Both the position numbers and the translations under genes were made by a program. From assembly GCA_965221125.1 (NCBI GenBank), contig CBDCRW010000003.1, positions 384,001 through 448,000 of the forward strand: a stretch of DNA of 64,000 nucleotides, read 5' to 3'. Position 1 is the stretch's first letter; each line of letters begins with the position of its first letter. The notes beneath the pieces are model-generated. The model did not search any database. It saw only the letters and a list, made by a program, of their open reading frames with translations, and had not been told where the DNA came from. This document shows positions 46,864 to 57,218 of the stretch, in pieces. This stretch comes from Alphaproteobacteria bacterium (GTDB lineage: Bacteria > Pseudomonadota > Alphaproteobacteria > UBA828).

Positions 46864-47511
46864 ATGAAGATCGTGGTTGCGGGCGCGAACGGGCTCACCG
46901 GGCGGATCGTGCTGAGGATGCTTGTGGAGGCCGGGCACGAGCCGGTCGCCATGATCCGGGATTTTTCCCAGCGCGATGCGCTTGAGGCCCTTGGCGCGGA
47001 ATGCCGGATCGGCGATCTGGAGAAGCCCGTGGGCTACGCCGTGCGCGGCTGCCGGGGCGCCATCTTCGCCGCCGGCTCCGGCTCCAAGACCGGGCCGGAG
47101 AAGACCATCGACGTGGACCAGCACGGCGCCATGGCCTTCACCGAGACCTGCGTGCGCATGAACGCGCGGCGCTTCGTCATGCTGAGCTCCATTGCCGCCG
47201 ACACGCCGGAGCGCGGGCCCGAAAGCCTGCACCACTATTTTGGGGCCAAGGCGATCGCCGATAAGCACCTGCAGGCGAGCGGCCTCGACTACACCATCGT
47301 GCGGCCGGGCTTCCTCACCAACGAGCCCGGCACCGGCGCCATCGCCACAGGCGACGACCTCGGCCCCATCGCCAAGGAGACGCACTCCGTGACCCGCGAG
47401 GACGTGGCGCGGGTGCTGGTGGACTGCCTCGCGCTCGACAACACCGTCGAGAAGACCTTCGAGATGATCGGCGGCGAGACCCCCATCGCCGACGCCCTCA
47501 AGGCGCTTTAG
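46864..47511 (+). CDS. Atypical SDR / NAD(P)-binding epimerase-like protein
   Basis: GANGLTG, FAAGSG, YFGAK, DYTIVRPG, REDVA. Confidence 0.88.
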   Translation: MKIVVAGANGLTGRIVLRMLVEAGHEPVAMIRDFSQRDALEALGAECRIGDLEKPVGYAVRGCRGAIFAAGSGSKTGPEKTIDVDQHGAMAFTETCVRMNARRFVMLSSIAADTPERGPESLHHYFGAKAIADKHLQASGLDYTIVRPGFLTNEPGTGAIATGDDLGPIAKETHSVTREDVARVLVDCLALDNTVEKTFEMIGGETPIADALKAL

Positions 47512-49610
47512 CGGGGCATGGCCGTCCCGCTGGTATCGAGGACGATGCAGGCAGCGTCGTTGAGCTGGGCCGAGACGCCGGGGGGGACGACGCAGGTGGC
47601 GTCGTACTCCTCGACGATGAGGGGGCCTTCGCGCGCTTGTGCCAGGTCGGCGCGGCCGATCACGGAAGCCTCGCACCAGCCGTGCTCCGGGCCGAAATAG
47701 GCGCGCCGGGTCACGGCCCCCGGCCCTGACCCGGCGGCCTGCTCGATCCGGGGCGGCGGCGCGGTGGGGCGGCGGCCCCGGCCGAGAACGCGGAGCGTGA
47801 CCAGCTCCACCGGCTCCTCCGGGCCGGCGCGATGGCCGTAGGTGCGCTCGTGCTCCGCGCCGAAGGCTTCCTCCAGCGCGGCGAGCGCGTCGTCGTCCAA
47901 CGGGCCGTCCGGCACGGCGACGGTGAGCTCGTAGGTCTGGCCCTGGTAGTGGAGGCTGGCGTGACGTTCGATGGCGGCGGCGGGGCCGCCGTAGCCGTCC
48001 GCCGCGAGCCGGCGCATGGCCTCCTCGGCGAGCGCGTCCCACGCCTCGTTGAGCGCCGCCTTGTCGAGCCCCCGCAGCAGCGCGCGGAAGGTGCGCGAGA
48101 GGTGGTGCTCGACGTCCGCCGTGAGCAGGCCGAAGGACGAGAAGAGACCGGGCGCCGGCGGCACGACCACGCGCCCGATGGCCAGCGCCTGCGCCATCGC
48201 TGCGCCGAACACCGGGCCGTTGCCGCCGAAGGCGACCAGCGTGTAGCCGCGCGGGTCGCGCCCGCGCTCGGTCGAGACCGCGCGGATCGCCCGGATCATG
48301 TTGGAGGCGACGATGCGATGCGCGCCATACGCGGCCTCCTCCACCGAGACGCCGAGGGGGTCCGCGATCTGCCGCCTCATCGCGTCGATGGCCTTTGCGG
48401 AATCGATGGGGAGCGCGCCGCCCACGAGGTAGTCGGGGTTGAGGTAGCCGAGCGCCACGTTGGCATCGGTGATGGTGGGCGCGGTGCCGCCCTGGTCGTA
48501 GCAGACCGGGCCGGGCTCGGCGCCCGCGCTCTCGGGCCCCACGGCCAAGGAGCCGCCGGCGTCGATGGCGATGAGCGAGCCGCCGCCCGCGCCGACCTCG
48601 GCGAGGTCGATGGCCGGCATGCGCACGAGGTAGCCGGCGCCGGTCATGAGCCGGGAGCCGGTGAGGATGCCGCCGCCCACCTGGAACTCGGCCGAGCGGC
48701 TGATGACGCCGCCCTCGATCAGCGCCGCCTTCGCCGTGGTGCCGCCCATGTCGAAGGTGACGAGGTCCTCCTGGCCGATGTCGCCGGCCATGGCGAGCGC
48801 GCCGACCACGCCGCCGGCCGGCCCCGATTCCACGATGTTCACCGGGCGGAGCGAGGCTTCCTCCGCCGAGGTCAGCCCGCCGTTCGACTGCATGATGAGC
48901 AGGTGGGCGCCGGGACAGCGCTCCTCGATCGCCTTCCCCAAGCGCTCCAGGTAGGTGCGCACGATGGGGCTGATGTAGGTGTTGATGACCGTGGTCGACG
49001 TGCGCTCGTACTCCTTGATCTCGGGCAGGACGTCGTAGCTGATGCAGACGGTGCAGCCCGGCGCCTTTTCGCGCACCAGCGCCTCCAGCGCGCGCTCGTG
49101 CTCAGGGTTGGCGAAGGCGTTGATGAGGCAGATGGCGATGGCGTCCACGCCTTCGGCGAGCAGGCGGTCCACCGCGGCGCGCGCGTCGGCCTCGTCGAGC
49201 GCCTTCTGCACGCCGCCCGCCGCGTCGATCCGCTCATCCACCACGGCGCGGAGGTAGCGCTCCACCAGCGGCGGCGGCTTCTCCCACGCGAGGTCGTAGA
49301 GCCGGGGCATCCGCAGGTTGCGGATCTCCAGCACGTCGCGGAAGCCCCGCGTGCCGATCAGCCCGGTGCGGGCGCCCTTGCGCTCCAGCAGCGCGTTGCT
49401 CGCGACGGTGGTGCCGTGGACGACCTCCGCGATGGCGGCGCCGTCGATGGCATGCTCGGCGACGAGGGAGGCGACGCCTTCCATGATGGCCCGCGCGTAG
49501 TCGTCGACGCTCGAAGAGACCTTGCGCGTCGCCACCGTGCCGTCTTCGGCGAGGAGAACGATATCGGTGAAGGTGCCGCCGATATCGACGCCGATGCGGT
49601 ATGCGCTCAC
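47508..49610 (-). CDS. Hydantoinase/oxoprolinase subunit A
   Basis: DIGGTFTD, HGTTVASN, EYERTST, SGPAGG, DMGGT, GPESAGAEPGP. Confidence 0.93.
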   Translation of the reverse strand: MSAYRIGVDIGGTFTDIVLLAEDGTVATRKVSSSVDDYARAIMEGVASLVAEHAIDGAAIAEVVHGTTVASNALLERKGARTGLIGTRGFRDVLEIRNLRMPRLYDLAWEKPPPLVERYLRAVVDERIDAAGGVQKALDEADARAAVDRLLAEGVDAIAICLINAFANPEHERALEALVREKAPGCTVCISYDVLPEIKEYERTSTTVINTYISPIVRTYLERLGKAIEERCPGAHLLIMQSNGGLTSAEEASLRPVNIVESGPAGGVVGALAMAGDIGQEDLVTFDMGGTTAKAALIEGGVISRSAEFQVGGGILTGSRLMTGAGYLVRMPAIDLAEVGAGGGSLIAIDAGGSLAVGPESAGAEPGPVCYDQGGTAPTITDANVALGYLNPDYLVGGALPIDSAKAIDAMRRQIADPLGVSVEEAAYGAHRIVASNMIRAIRAVSTERGRDPRGYTLVAFGGNGPVFGAAMAQALAIGRVVVPPAPGLFSSFGLLTADVEHHLSRTFRALLRGLDKAALNEAWDALAEEAMRRLAADGYGGPAAAIERHASLHYQGQTYELTVAVPDGPLDDDALAALEEAFGAEHERTYGHRAGPEEPVELVTLRVLGRGRRPTAPPPRIEQAAGSGPGAVTRRAYFGPEHGWCEASVIGRADLAQAREGPLIVEEYDATCVVPPGVSAQLNDAACIVLDTSGTAMPR

Positions 49611-51448
49611 GCCCCGCTCTCGGGCATCGCGCCGCGCGAGACGGCGGGAGGCGCGGCCCAGCCGCGGGCTGCCCGAAGCTCCGCCCGGCGCGCCTCGGTC
49701 GCGGCCTCGTCGACCTGCCATGACGCACGATCGACGATCACGCCGTAGTCGTCGCGGGCGGTGGCGTCCCCGATCAGCTCGTTGCGGAGGTCGCGCAGCA
49801 CGGCTTGCGGATCGCGCTCCAGCGGGTCGCCATAGCCGCCCGCGCCCGCAAGCTCGTGGCGGAAGACGTCGCCCCGCTGGATGGTCTCGGTGAGCTTGCT
49901 CGGCAGCGGGCGCTCGCCGTTGCCGGGGTTCATGGCGTTGCGCGAGGGCTGGCCGGGGCTGCCGCCATAGAGCCCGTAGGGCCGGAAGTCGCGGCGGTCG
50001 GAGCGCACCTGCAGCAGCCCCTCGGCCTCGAGGAAGCGGTAGTCGCGGCGGAACGGCGTGCCGCCCCGATAGCGGCCGGCGCCGGCGCGGTCCGCCACGA
50101 ACTCGTAGGAGAGGATCTGCAGCGGGTACTCGGCCTCCGTCACCTCCACCGACTGAGAGGCCATGTTGGCGAAGATGTTGGAGTTGCCGTCGAGGCCGTC
50201 GGCCCAGGGCCGCGCCCCCCAGGTGCCGCAGGTGAAATCCACGTAGACGAAGGGTTTGCGCTCGTCGTCGTAGCCGCCGATGGTGATGCCCGTGTTGCCG
50301 CCGTCCGAGGCCGCGAAGACCTTGTCCGGCAGCATCATGGCGAGCGCGCCGAAGGCGCAGTCCACCATGCGAAAGCCGGTGAGCCCGCGCGCGGCGCAGG
50401 CCGCAGGGAGGACGGCGTTGGTGATGGTGCCGGGGGGCGCGGAGACGGTAATCGCGCGGAAGACGCCCTCGTTGTTGGGGATGCCCGCCGGCAGCACCGA
50501 GCGGATCGCGGTATACGTCGCAGCCTTGGTCCAGGACAGCGTGCTGTTGATCGCGCCCTTTACCTGCGCGGACGAGCCCGTCCAGTCGGCGTGGAGGCTG
50601 TCGCCCTCCTTGCGGAGCGTGACGAAGAGGCGGATGGGCTTGCCGCGGTCCACGCCGTCGTCATCGATCCAGTCCTCGAAGCTGGTCTCGCCGTCCGGCA
50701 GCGCGCTGAGCGCAGCACGGGTGAGCCGCTCGGCGTAGTCGATGATCTCGCGCAGGTAGAAGCGCGTGGCGGGCGCGCCGTGCTGGCCGACGAGTTCCAG
50801 GAACTGGCGCTCGGCGATGTGGCATGCAGCAAGCTGGGCGCGGATGTCGCCGAAGAGCTTGACCGGGAGCCGCACGTTCTTCTCGAGCAGCGCGAAGAGG
50901 GTCTCGTTGCGCTGGCCGCGCTCGTAGAGGCGGAGCGGCGGGATGCGCACGCCCTCCTGGTAGATCTCGGTGGAATCGGAGGCGTTGGAGCCCGCGACGC
51001 GCCCGCCGACGTCGGCGTGGTGGCAGACGGTCGCGGCGAAGGCGAGGCGCTCGCCGCCGTCGAACACCGGCTTGAAGATGAAGATGTCCGGCAGGTGCAT
51101 GCCGCCGTCGAAGGGGTCGTTCATCACGAAGATGTCGCCGGGGTGGATGTCCTCGCCGTAGTGGCGGAGCACCGATTCGATGGCGGTCGGCACCGAGCCG
51201 AGATGGCCCGGCAGCGTGAGGCCCTGCGCGATCAGGCGGCCGTCGCCGTCGGTGAGCGCGGTGGAGAAATCCATGTTGTCGCGCAGCACGCCGGAATAGG
51301 TGGTGCGGCAGACGGTGAGCGCCATCTCGTCCGCGATGGCGAAGATGGCGTTGCGGAACAGCTCGAAGCCGAAGGGGTCGGCCCCGCTGGTGCGCGCGTC
51401 CTCGGCCGTGGCCGCCGCCCCGCCGTTCTGTTCTACGATCGCCTCCAT
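49607..51448 (-). CDS. Hydantoinase B/oxoprolinase subunit B
   Basis: NDPFDGGMHLPD, HHADVGG, YQEG, GAGRYRGG, GGYGDP. Confidence 0.93.
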   Translation of the reverse strand: MEAIVEQNGGAAATAEDARTSGADPFGFELFRNAIFAIADEMALTVCRTTYSGVLRDNMDFSTALTDGDGRLIAQGLTLPGHLGSVPTAIESVLRHYGEDIHPGDIFVMNDPFDGGMHLPDIFIFKPVFDGGERLAFAATVCHHADVGGRVAGSNASDSTEIYQEGVRIPPLRLYERGQRNETLFALLEKNVRLPVKLFGDIRAQLAACHIAERQFLELVGQHGAPATRFYLREIIDYAERLTRAALSALPDGETSFEDWIDDDGVDRGKPIRLFVTLRKEGDSLHADWTGSSAQVKGAINSTLSWTKAATYTAIRSVLPAGIPNNEGVFRAITVSAPPGTITNAVLPAACAARGLTGFRMVDCAFGALAMMLPDKVFAASDGGNTGITIGGYDDERKPFVYVDFTCGTWGARPWADGLDGNSNIFANMASQSVEVTEAEYPLQILSYEFVADRAGAGRYRGGTPFRRDYRFLEAEGLLQVRSDRRDFRPYGLYGGSPGQPSRNAMNPGNGERPLPSKLTETIQRGDVFRHELAGAGGYGDPLERDPQAVLRDLRNELIGDATARDDYGVIVDRASWQVDEAATEARRAELRAARGWAAPPAVSRGAMPESGA

Positions 51449-51609
51449 GCGCCCCTCCCCCGCTCGATGCGGATGATAGCGAGGAGGGTGAGCGGGAGTC
51501 GACTCTGGCCGGGCGGCAGTCGGATTGGCCGGCGGGAGAACAGGATGGAGGCCGGTCAAAGGAAGGGCGGCCAGACGGCCGCCCCGCAACGTGAGTGAAA
51601 GTTCGGCTT

Positions 51610-53130
51610 CTATTCCTGACGCTCCGCGCCGAAGGCGCCGATTACATCGCCGTTGTTGAAGTTGCCGTGGAAGATGCCAGCCACTCCGGAGGGGTGACTT
51701 TCGGGATCACTGGGCGCCAGAGTATTGACCTCTCCCAGGAGGTGTCCGCTCCAGTTGCCCGGGTCGGCCGTGCCGGGCATGCCATTCCCGGCAACATCCT
51801 GGGTAGTTCCCGCGAATGAGGTGTATCCGTTACCGTCCGCAGCAAAATCCGCGCGCCCCAACTGGAGGCGCCAGTTCGAATCGATCGCCCCGTTGCCGTC
51901 CATGAAGTTGCTGATCGTGCCGCTGATCATGAACCGATCGTTTGGCGCAATACCACCACCGCCGAAGTTGGCCGAAAGCGTCACGCCGGCGGTGAACTGG
52001 CCGGTGCGCCGGCGCAGCACGACATTGTTCGCGTCGGTCCACCGTCTCACATATAGACCCGTCGTCGCGCCTGCGTAGGTCGCGCTGCCCTCCAGCATCC
52101 CGACGTCAGCGTAAGTTGGGTACTCAACGCCACCATAGAGACCACTGATCTCAAAGACGGGATCTCCGCCATCCGTCGTTTCGTTTATCCAGTAGCCGAA
52201 ATACACGTAGTCGGGATCGGGCACGTCGACCTCGGCGGCGGCGTCGGGCGTGAAGTACAGGTCGGCGCCCGCATCGACGCTGAGATTGCCGTCGGCATCG
52301 GTTGAAACGTCGCAGCCGCCCGCGGTGTTGCACCAGTACGTACCGTCAGCACCATCGAACCTGCCGTCGTATCCCATCCCCGTCGAGACATTCTCGGGAA
52401 CAGTCGTCGTGGTATTGGCCATCGTCGGGAATTCCGACACGTCGCTAGCCTGGGACGCGTTGCCAGAGTCGAACACCAACGATTGAGGATTGCCGCCGCT
52501 GTCCTGGTTGGTGTTCAGCATGTGCACGTCCGTAAACGGCACCCGCATCTCGTAAGCGGTGTTGCTGTAGATGACGAGCGTGTCCGTCATGGCAGGAGTC
52601 ATGCCCATCGGCTCGGTTTCCAGTTCTTGCACACTGGAAGTCCAGCCGTCGATATCGGCAACGACCGCGTCGGACATCTCATACCCGTAGCTGTCTGGAG
52701 GCGCCCCGTCATCTCCCAGAGGCGGCGCAGTCAAATGACCAGCATTGATCGCCATTTCGAGTGCTCGGTCCCTCGTGGTATTGGGATGGCCGGCATCGGA
52801 TGCCGTCACCACGCCGCCGCTCGACATGGCGGTGATCGTGCCGTCATCGGCGACCATCACCATGACCACGCAGTCGTCACCGCCGGGGGCACAGGAAAAC
52901 TCGATATCGCCGTGCGGCTCCGAGTACCCCGCCTCGATCTCGAGCATCATGGTTGCCTCAGCCCAGAAGCCGACCGTCACACCGGAGAGGTCCACGTTTT
53001 CTTTGGATGGTCCGTTCACTATCGGCGTCATGCCGTCACCGCCACCTCCGCCGCCGCAGGCCGATACGGCCACGGCGACCAAGGCAGACGCAGCAAGAGT
53101 CGTCACGTGTTTTTTCGCTGTCTCGAACAT
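51610..53130 (-). CDS. Surface lipoprotein with TbpB-like C-terminal beta-barrel
   Basis: Lipobox VSA-C followed by poly-Gly; YFGYW, SATYAG..TGLY, GQFTA.VTLSANF, ISGTISNF, C-terminal VIGAFGA. Confidence 0.75.
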   Translation of the reverse strand: MFETAKKHVTTLAASALVAVAVSACGGGGGGDGMTPIVNGPSKENVDLSGVTVGFWAEATMMLEIEAGYSEPHGDIEFSCAPGGDDCVVMVMVADDGTITAMSSGGVVTASDAGHPNTTRDRALEMAINAGHLTAPPLGDDGAPPDSYGYEMSDAVVADIDGWTSSVQELETEPMGMTPAMTDTLVIYSNTAYEMRVPFTDVHMLNTNQDSGGNPQSLVFDSGNASQASDVSEFPTMANTTTTVPENVSTGMGYDGRFDGADGTYWCNTAGGCDVSTDADGNLSVDAGADLYFTPDAAAEVDVPDPDYVYFGYWINETTDGGDPVFEISGLYGGVEYPTYADVGMLEGSATYAGATTGLYVRRWTDANNVVLRRRTGQFTAGVTLSANFGGGGIAPNDRFMISGTISNFMDGNGAIDSNWRLQLGRADFAADGNGYTSFAGTTQDVAGNGMPGTADPGNWSGHLLGEVNTLAPSDPESHPSGVAGIFHGNFNNGDVIGAFGAERQE

Positions 53131-53274
53131 TGAAGCCTCCCCGTCTATGGCGAGGCCCCGCAGGAGGCCCCAGCCGACCAGATGCCCGCTCGGAACGGCC
53201 GATTGGAATCTGGGCCGCCCCGTGTCGCGTCGCTGGGCGCACTGCTCCGACTCTATGAAGCTCAACCGAGCGGC

Positions 53275-53392
53275 GCGCCTCCCAAACGGGAGGGGCATAA
53301 GAAAAGGTTTCGGAAAGAGTCGCTGCGCACAATCGACAGGGGGCGCCGGCTGCCCTCGACTTTGGGTGTTTCCCCTACCATTTGGGAGGCGC
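53275..53392. promoter_or_regulatory. Pair of inverted 21-bp boxes, putative operators
   Basis: GCGCCTCCCAAACGGGAGGGG (53275-53295) versus the reverse complement of 53372-53392, GCGCCTCCCAAATGGTAGGGG: 19/21 identical, each with an internal dyad. Confidence 0.6.
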
Positions 53393-53652
53393 ATGAAATC
53401 CGGACTTGCTTACCATCCAGCCAATGCGATGGCGTCATGCACTCTGTGAGGGGTGGTGCAGACCAAGATGGGGAAAACGCACCCTTATCGGACGCGCCGG
53501 CCGCCGGCCTTCATGGATTCAGGATGGTGGCGTGCATCGAGACGCCCTTTTCGTTCGCAAACGGGTGCGGGCGTGTCCGGCGGAGTCGGCCTGACGACGG
53601 TCGGCGACAAGAGGAATATTGCCAGGGATGAGGTCGCCGGAATGAACCCGAC

Positions 53653-54804
53653 ATGAGCGAGCAAGAGTTGTTTGAGCGGATCCTGGCGTCGCTGCACGAA
53701 GCCGCACTCGACGACGCTTACTGGCCCGCAACATCCGCTCTGATCGACGAGGCTTGCGGGTCCAAGGGCAACTCTCTCATCTTCGGCACCGGCGAGTCTC
53801 CGGGCCACATCGACGTTTTCTTCTTCTCGATCTGCCACCGTGGCCAGCTCCGGGAAGATCTGGAGCGTGAATATTTCGAGGACTACTACGCCGTAGACGA
53901 ACGCGTCCCCCGGGTCCGGCAATTGGCCGACAGCCAACTGGTGCAAACATCCTCCCTCTACACCGACGAGGAGTTGAAGACCTCACCGGCATACAATGAG
54001 GCGCTTCTCAAAACGGAGGGACAGAACAGCCTCAACGTGCGTCTCGACGGGCCTAACGGCTCGCGCATCGCACTGAACATCTTTGATCCTATCGATGGAA
54101 ACGGCTGGTCGAGCGCCCGGGTCGAAACGATCAAGCGTCTGCTGCCCCACATCCGTCAGTTCGTCCGGGTCAGGCAGGCGCTGGTCGATGCGCGGGCACT
54201 GGGATCGTCCCTCACCGCGCTGCTGGAACAGACCAATCTCGGCGTCATCTGGCTTGACCGGCGGGGACGCATCGCGGCGGCGAACGACCGTGCCCGCGAC
54301 GTCCTGCGCGGCGGCGACGGGCTGGCGGACCGGGATGGCCTTCTGCACGCCTCGTCATCGAAGGACGATGCTGCTCTCCAGAGCCTGCTGGCCCGGGTAC
54401 TGCCGCCCTTCGGAGGCCGGGGCGTCGGCGGCTCGATAACGGTGAGACGCGGGGTCGTCTCGCCGCGGCTCGTGGTGCATGCCGTTCCCGTGGAAGATCA
54501 GCGGATGGACGGGCGTCCCAGCGGCGTCGCCGCGCTCGTGCTGGTGGTCGATCCGGCGAGCCGGGGACGTGTCGATCCCGCCCTGGTGAGAGCCATGCTC
54601 GGACTCACGCCGGCGGAGAGCCAGGTGGCCGTGATGCTGGCTCAGGGATACACCATCCGAAACATCGCCGCCGCGACGGAGCGGGGCGAGGGCACCATCC
54701 GCTGGCACACCAAGCAGATCTTCGGGAAGCTGGGCATTTCCAGCCAGATGGAACTCGTGCAACTGGTGCTGTCGCTGTCCGACCTTCCGCAAGCGCAGCG
54801 CTAG
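53653..54804 (+). CDS. LuxR-type HTH transcriptional regulator with N-terminal GAF/PAS-like regions
   Basis: C-terminal GLTPAESQVA..LAQG..IA..TIRWHTKQIFGKLGISSQ; central WLDRRGRIAAAN PAS-like segment. Confidence 0.88.
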   Translation: MSEQELFERILASLHEAALDDAYWPATSALIDEACGSKGNSLIFGTGESPGHIDVFFFSICHRGQLREDLEREYFEDYYAVDERVPRVRQLADSQLVQTSSLYTDEELKTSPAYNEALLKTEGQNSLNVRLDGPNGSRIALNIFDPIDGNGWSSARVETIKRLLPHIRQFVRVRQALVDARALGSSLTALLEQTNLGVIWLDRRGRIAAANDRARDVLRGGDGLADRDGLLHASSSKDDAALQSLLARVLPPFGGRGVGGSITVRRGVVSPRLVVHAVPVEDQRMDGRPSGVAALVLVVDPASRGRVDPALVRAMLGLTPAESQVAVMLAQGYTIRNIAAATERGEGTIRWHTKQIFGKLGISSQMELVQLVLSLSDLPQAQR

Positions 54805-54876
54805 TCGGCTCTGGCGGGCGTCACGGCCCCTCCCTAGAATGACGGCTCACGACGATGGCTGGGCAACAGCTGCCAG

Positions 54877-55926
54877 ATGTCCCCACACCCTTCGACCACG
54901 CCCGTGCGCGCGCCGCACCGCTTCGACCAGGCGGCGCTGGAGCGCCATCTCGCCACGCACGTGCCAGACGCGGTGCCGATCCAGGGCGTGAGCCAGTTCG
55001 CGGCGGGGCAATCCAACCCGACCTACCTGATCGAGGGGCCCGAAAGGCGCTTCGTGCTGCGCAAGAAGCCGCCGGGGACGCTGCTGCCCTCCGCCCACCT
55101 GGTCGAGCGCGAGTACCGCATCCTCGCCGCCCTCGCCGGAACGGACGTGCCCGTGCCGCAGGTCCATCACCTGTGCGAGGACACCGCCATCATCGGCACG
55201 GCCTTCTACGTCATGGACCACGTCGACGGCGCGGTCGACCAGGATCCGGCGTGGCCCGCGCTCGGGCCGGCTGAGCGGGGCGCGGTCTACCGCTCGATGG
55301 CGGACGTGCTGGCGCGGCTGCACCGGGTCGACTGGCGCGGGCTCGGCCTCGCCGACTTCGGCCGCGAGGGCAACTACATCGCCCGCCAGATCCGCCGCTG
55401 GAGCGGCCAGTACGACGCCTCGCGCACCGACGAGATACCCGAGATGGACCGCCTGCTGGCGTGGCTGCCCGACCACATCCCGGACGACGACGAGACCACC
55501 ATCGTCCACGGCGACTACCGGCCGGGGAACCTGATCGTGCACGCGGACGAGCCGCGCGTCGCCGCGGTGCTCGACTGGGAGCTGAGCACTTTGGGTCATC
55601 CGCTGAGCGACCTCGCCCACAACTGCCTGGCCTTCTCGATCCCCCGTGGCGCGTCGGCGCTACCGGGGCTGGGCGGCGCGGATTTCGGGGCGCTCGGGCT
55701 GCCGGGGGAGGAGGCGCACCGGGACGCCTACTGCGCGCGCGCAGGGAGAGGCGAGATCGCCGAATGGCGCTTCTACATGGCCTTCGCCTTCTTCCGCATG
55801 GCGGCGATCTGCCAGGGGGTGTACGCGCGCGGCCTCCAGGGCAATGCCAGCGCGCCCAACGCGCACGAGTACGGCGACAGGGCGCGGGTCCTCGCCGAGC
55901 TGGGGTGGGAGAAGGCCTCTAGATAG
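54877..55926 (+). CDS. APH-family phosphotransferase (ACAD10/11 N-terminal-like)
   Basis: GQSNPTY, VLRKKPPG, HGDYRPGN, LDWELST. Confidence 0.9.
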   Translation: MSPHPSTTPVRAPHRFDQAALERHLATHVPDAVPIQGVSQFAAGQSNPTYLIEGPERRFVLRKKPPGTLLPSAHLVEREYRILAALAGTDVPVPQVHHLCEDTAIIGTAFYVMDHVDGAVDQDPAWPALGPAERGAVYRSMADVLARLHRVDWRGLGLADFGREGNYIARQIRRWSGQYDASRTDEIPEMDRLLAWLPDHIPDDDETTIVHGDYRPGNLIVHADEPRVAAVLDWELSTLGHPLSDLAHNCLAFSIPRGASALPGLGGADFGALGLPGEEAHRDAYCARAGRGEIAEWRFYMAFAFFRMAAICQGVYARGLQGNASAPNAHEYGDRARVLAELGWEKASR

Positions 55927-56069
55927 AGTTTGTCGCTCACGGCAGGCGACCTTCGGTCGCCGCCTCCGCGAGGGCGCCGCATTCGCGGCGGGCCGCTTCC
56001 GCGGCCTGTCGCGAGTCCGCCAAAGACGGACTCGCTCCCAGCAACTCACGCGAAGGGCAACGCGCGAGT

Positions 56070-57050
56070 TCAGACCCGGTAGTGCTCGCGGTACCAGGCG
56101 ACGAAGCGGGGGAGCCCGTCGGCGATGGTGGTGCTGGGCGCGAAGCCGTGATCGCGCTCGATCGCGCCGATGTCGGCCCAGGTCTCCGCGATATCGCCGG
56201 GCTGCATCGGCGCGAACTCGATCACCGCCTTGCGGCCGATGGCGCGCTCCAGGACGGCGACGTAGTCGGTGAGCGCCTCGGGCCGGTTGTTGCCCACGTT
56301 GTAGATGCGGTGGGGAACGGCGCCCTCGCCCGCTGGCGGCGCGTCGAGCACGCCGAGCACCGCCGGCACCACGTCGTCGATATAGGTGAAGTCGCGCTTC
56401 ATGCGGCCGTGGTTGAAGAGCGTGATCGGCCGGCCCGCCAGGATGGCCTGCGTGAAGATGAAGGCGGCCATGTCCGGGCGCCCCCAGGGGCCGTAGACCG
56501 TGAAGAAGCGAAGCCCGGTCGCCGGCACCGCGAAGAGATGCCCGTAGACGTGGCCGATCAGCTCGCCCGCCTTCTTGCTCGCCGCGTAGAGCGAGATGGG
56601 GCTGTCGACGCGGGCATCGGTCGAGAATGGGACCTCGGCGACGCCGCCGTAGACCGAGCTGGAGCTGGCGTAGACGACGTGCTCGAGCGCGGGCAACGAG
56701 CGGCACAGCTCCAGCATCACGACCTGACCCATCACGTTGGCCTGCACGTAGGCGTAGGGGTCCACCAGGGAATGGCGGACCCCGGCCTGGGCGGCGAGAT
56801 GGACGATGCGGGTGATGGACTTGCGCGCCGGCCGGGTCGCCGCGGCCATGGCCTCGCGGTCGGAAATGTCGGCGCGGGCGAAATCGAAGCCGCCGTGCGG
56901 CTCCAGCAGGGCGAGCCGCGCCTCCTTGAGGCGGACGTCGTAGTAGTCGTTCAGGTTGTCGATGCCGAGGACGCGCTCGCCCCGCGCCAGCAGCGCCCGG
57001 CAGACGTGAAAGCCGATGAAGCCGGCGGCCCCGGTCACGAGGATCGTCAT
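56070..57050 (-). CDS. NAD-dependent UDP-glucuronate 4-epimerase-like protein
   Basis: TGAAGFIG, HLAAQAGVR, YAASKK, LRFFTVYGPWGRPDMA. Confidence 0.92.
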   Translation of the reverse strand: MTILVTGAAGFIGFHVCRALLARGERVLGIDNLNDYYDVRLKEARLALLEPHGGFDFARADISDREAMAAATRPARKSITRIVHLAAQAGVRHSLVDPYAYVQANVMGQVVMLELCRSLPALEHVVYASSSSVYGGVAEVPFSTDARVDSPISLYAASKKAGELIGHVYGHLFAVPATGLRFFTVYGPWGRPDMAAFIFTQAILAGRPITLFNHGRMKRDFTYIDDVVPAVLGVLDAPPAGEGAVPHRIYNVGNNRPEALTDYVAVLERAIGRKAVIEFAPMQPGDIAETWADIGAIERDHGFAPSTTIADGLPRFVAWYREHYRV

Positions 57051-57218
57051 GCGGCAGGCACCTCCCGGTCATTGTGGCCAGAGCGCCGGGATACCGTTTG
57101 ACAAAGCGCCGGTCGCGCGCGCATAGCCTGCCGGCGGTCCCGCTTGCGCGCCATTGTCGGCGGATCGGCGGCGCGGGCAAGCGCGGGGGCCTTTCGTTCA
57201 CCGCTCGGGCGCTACTCC

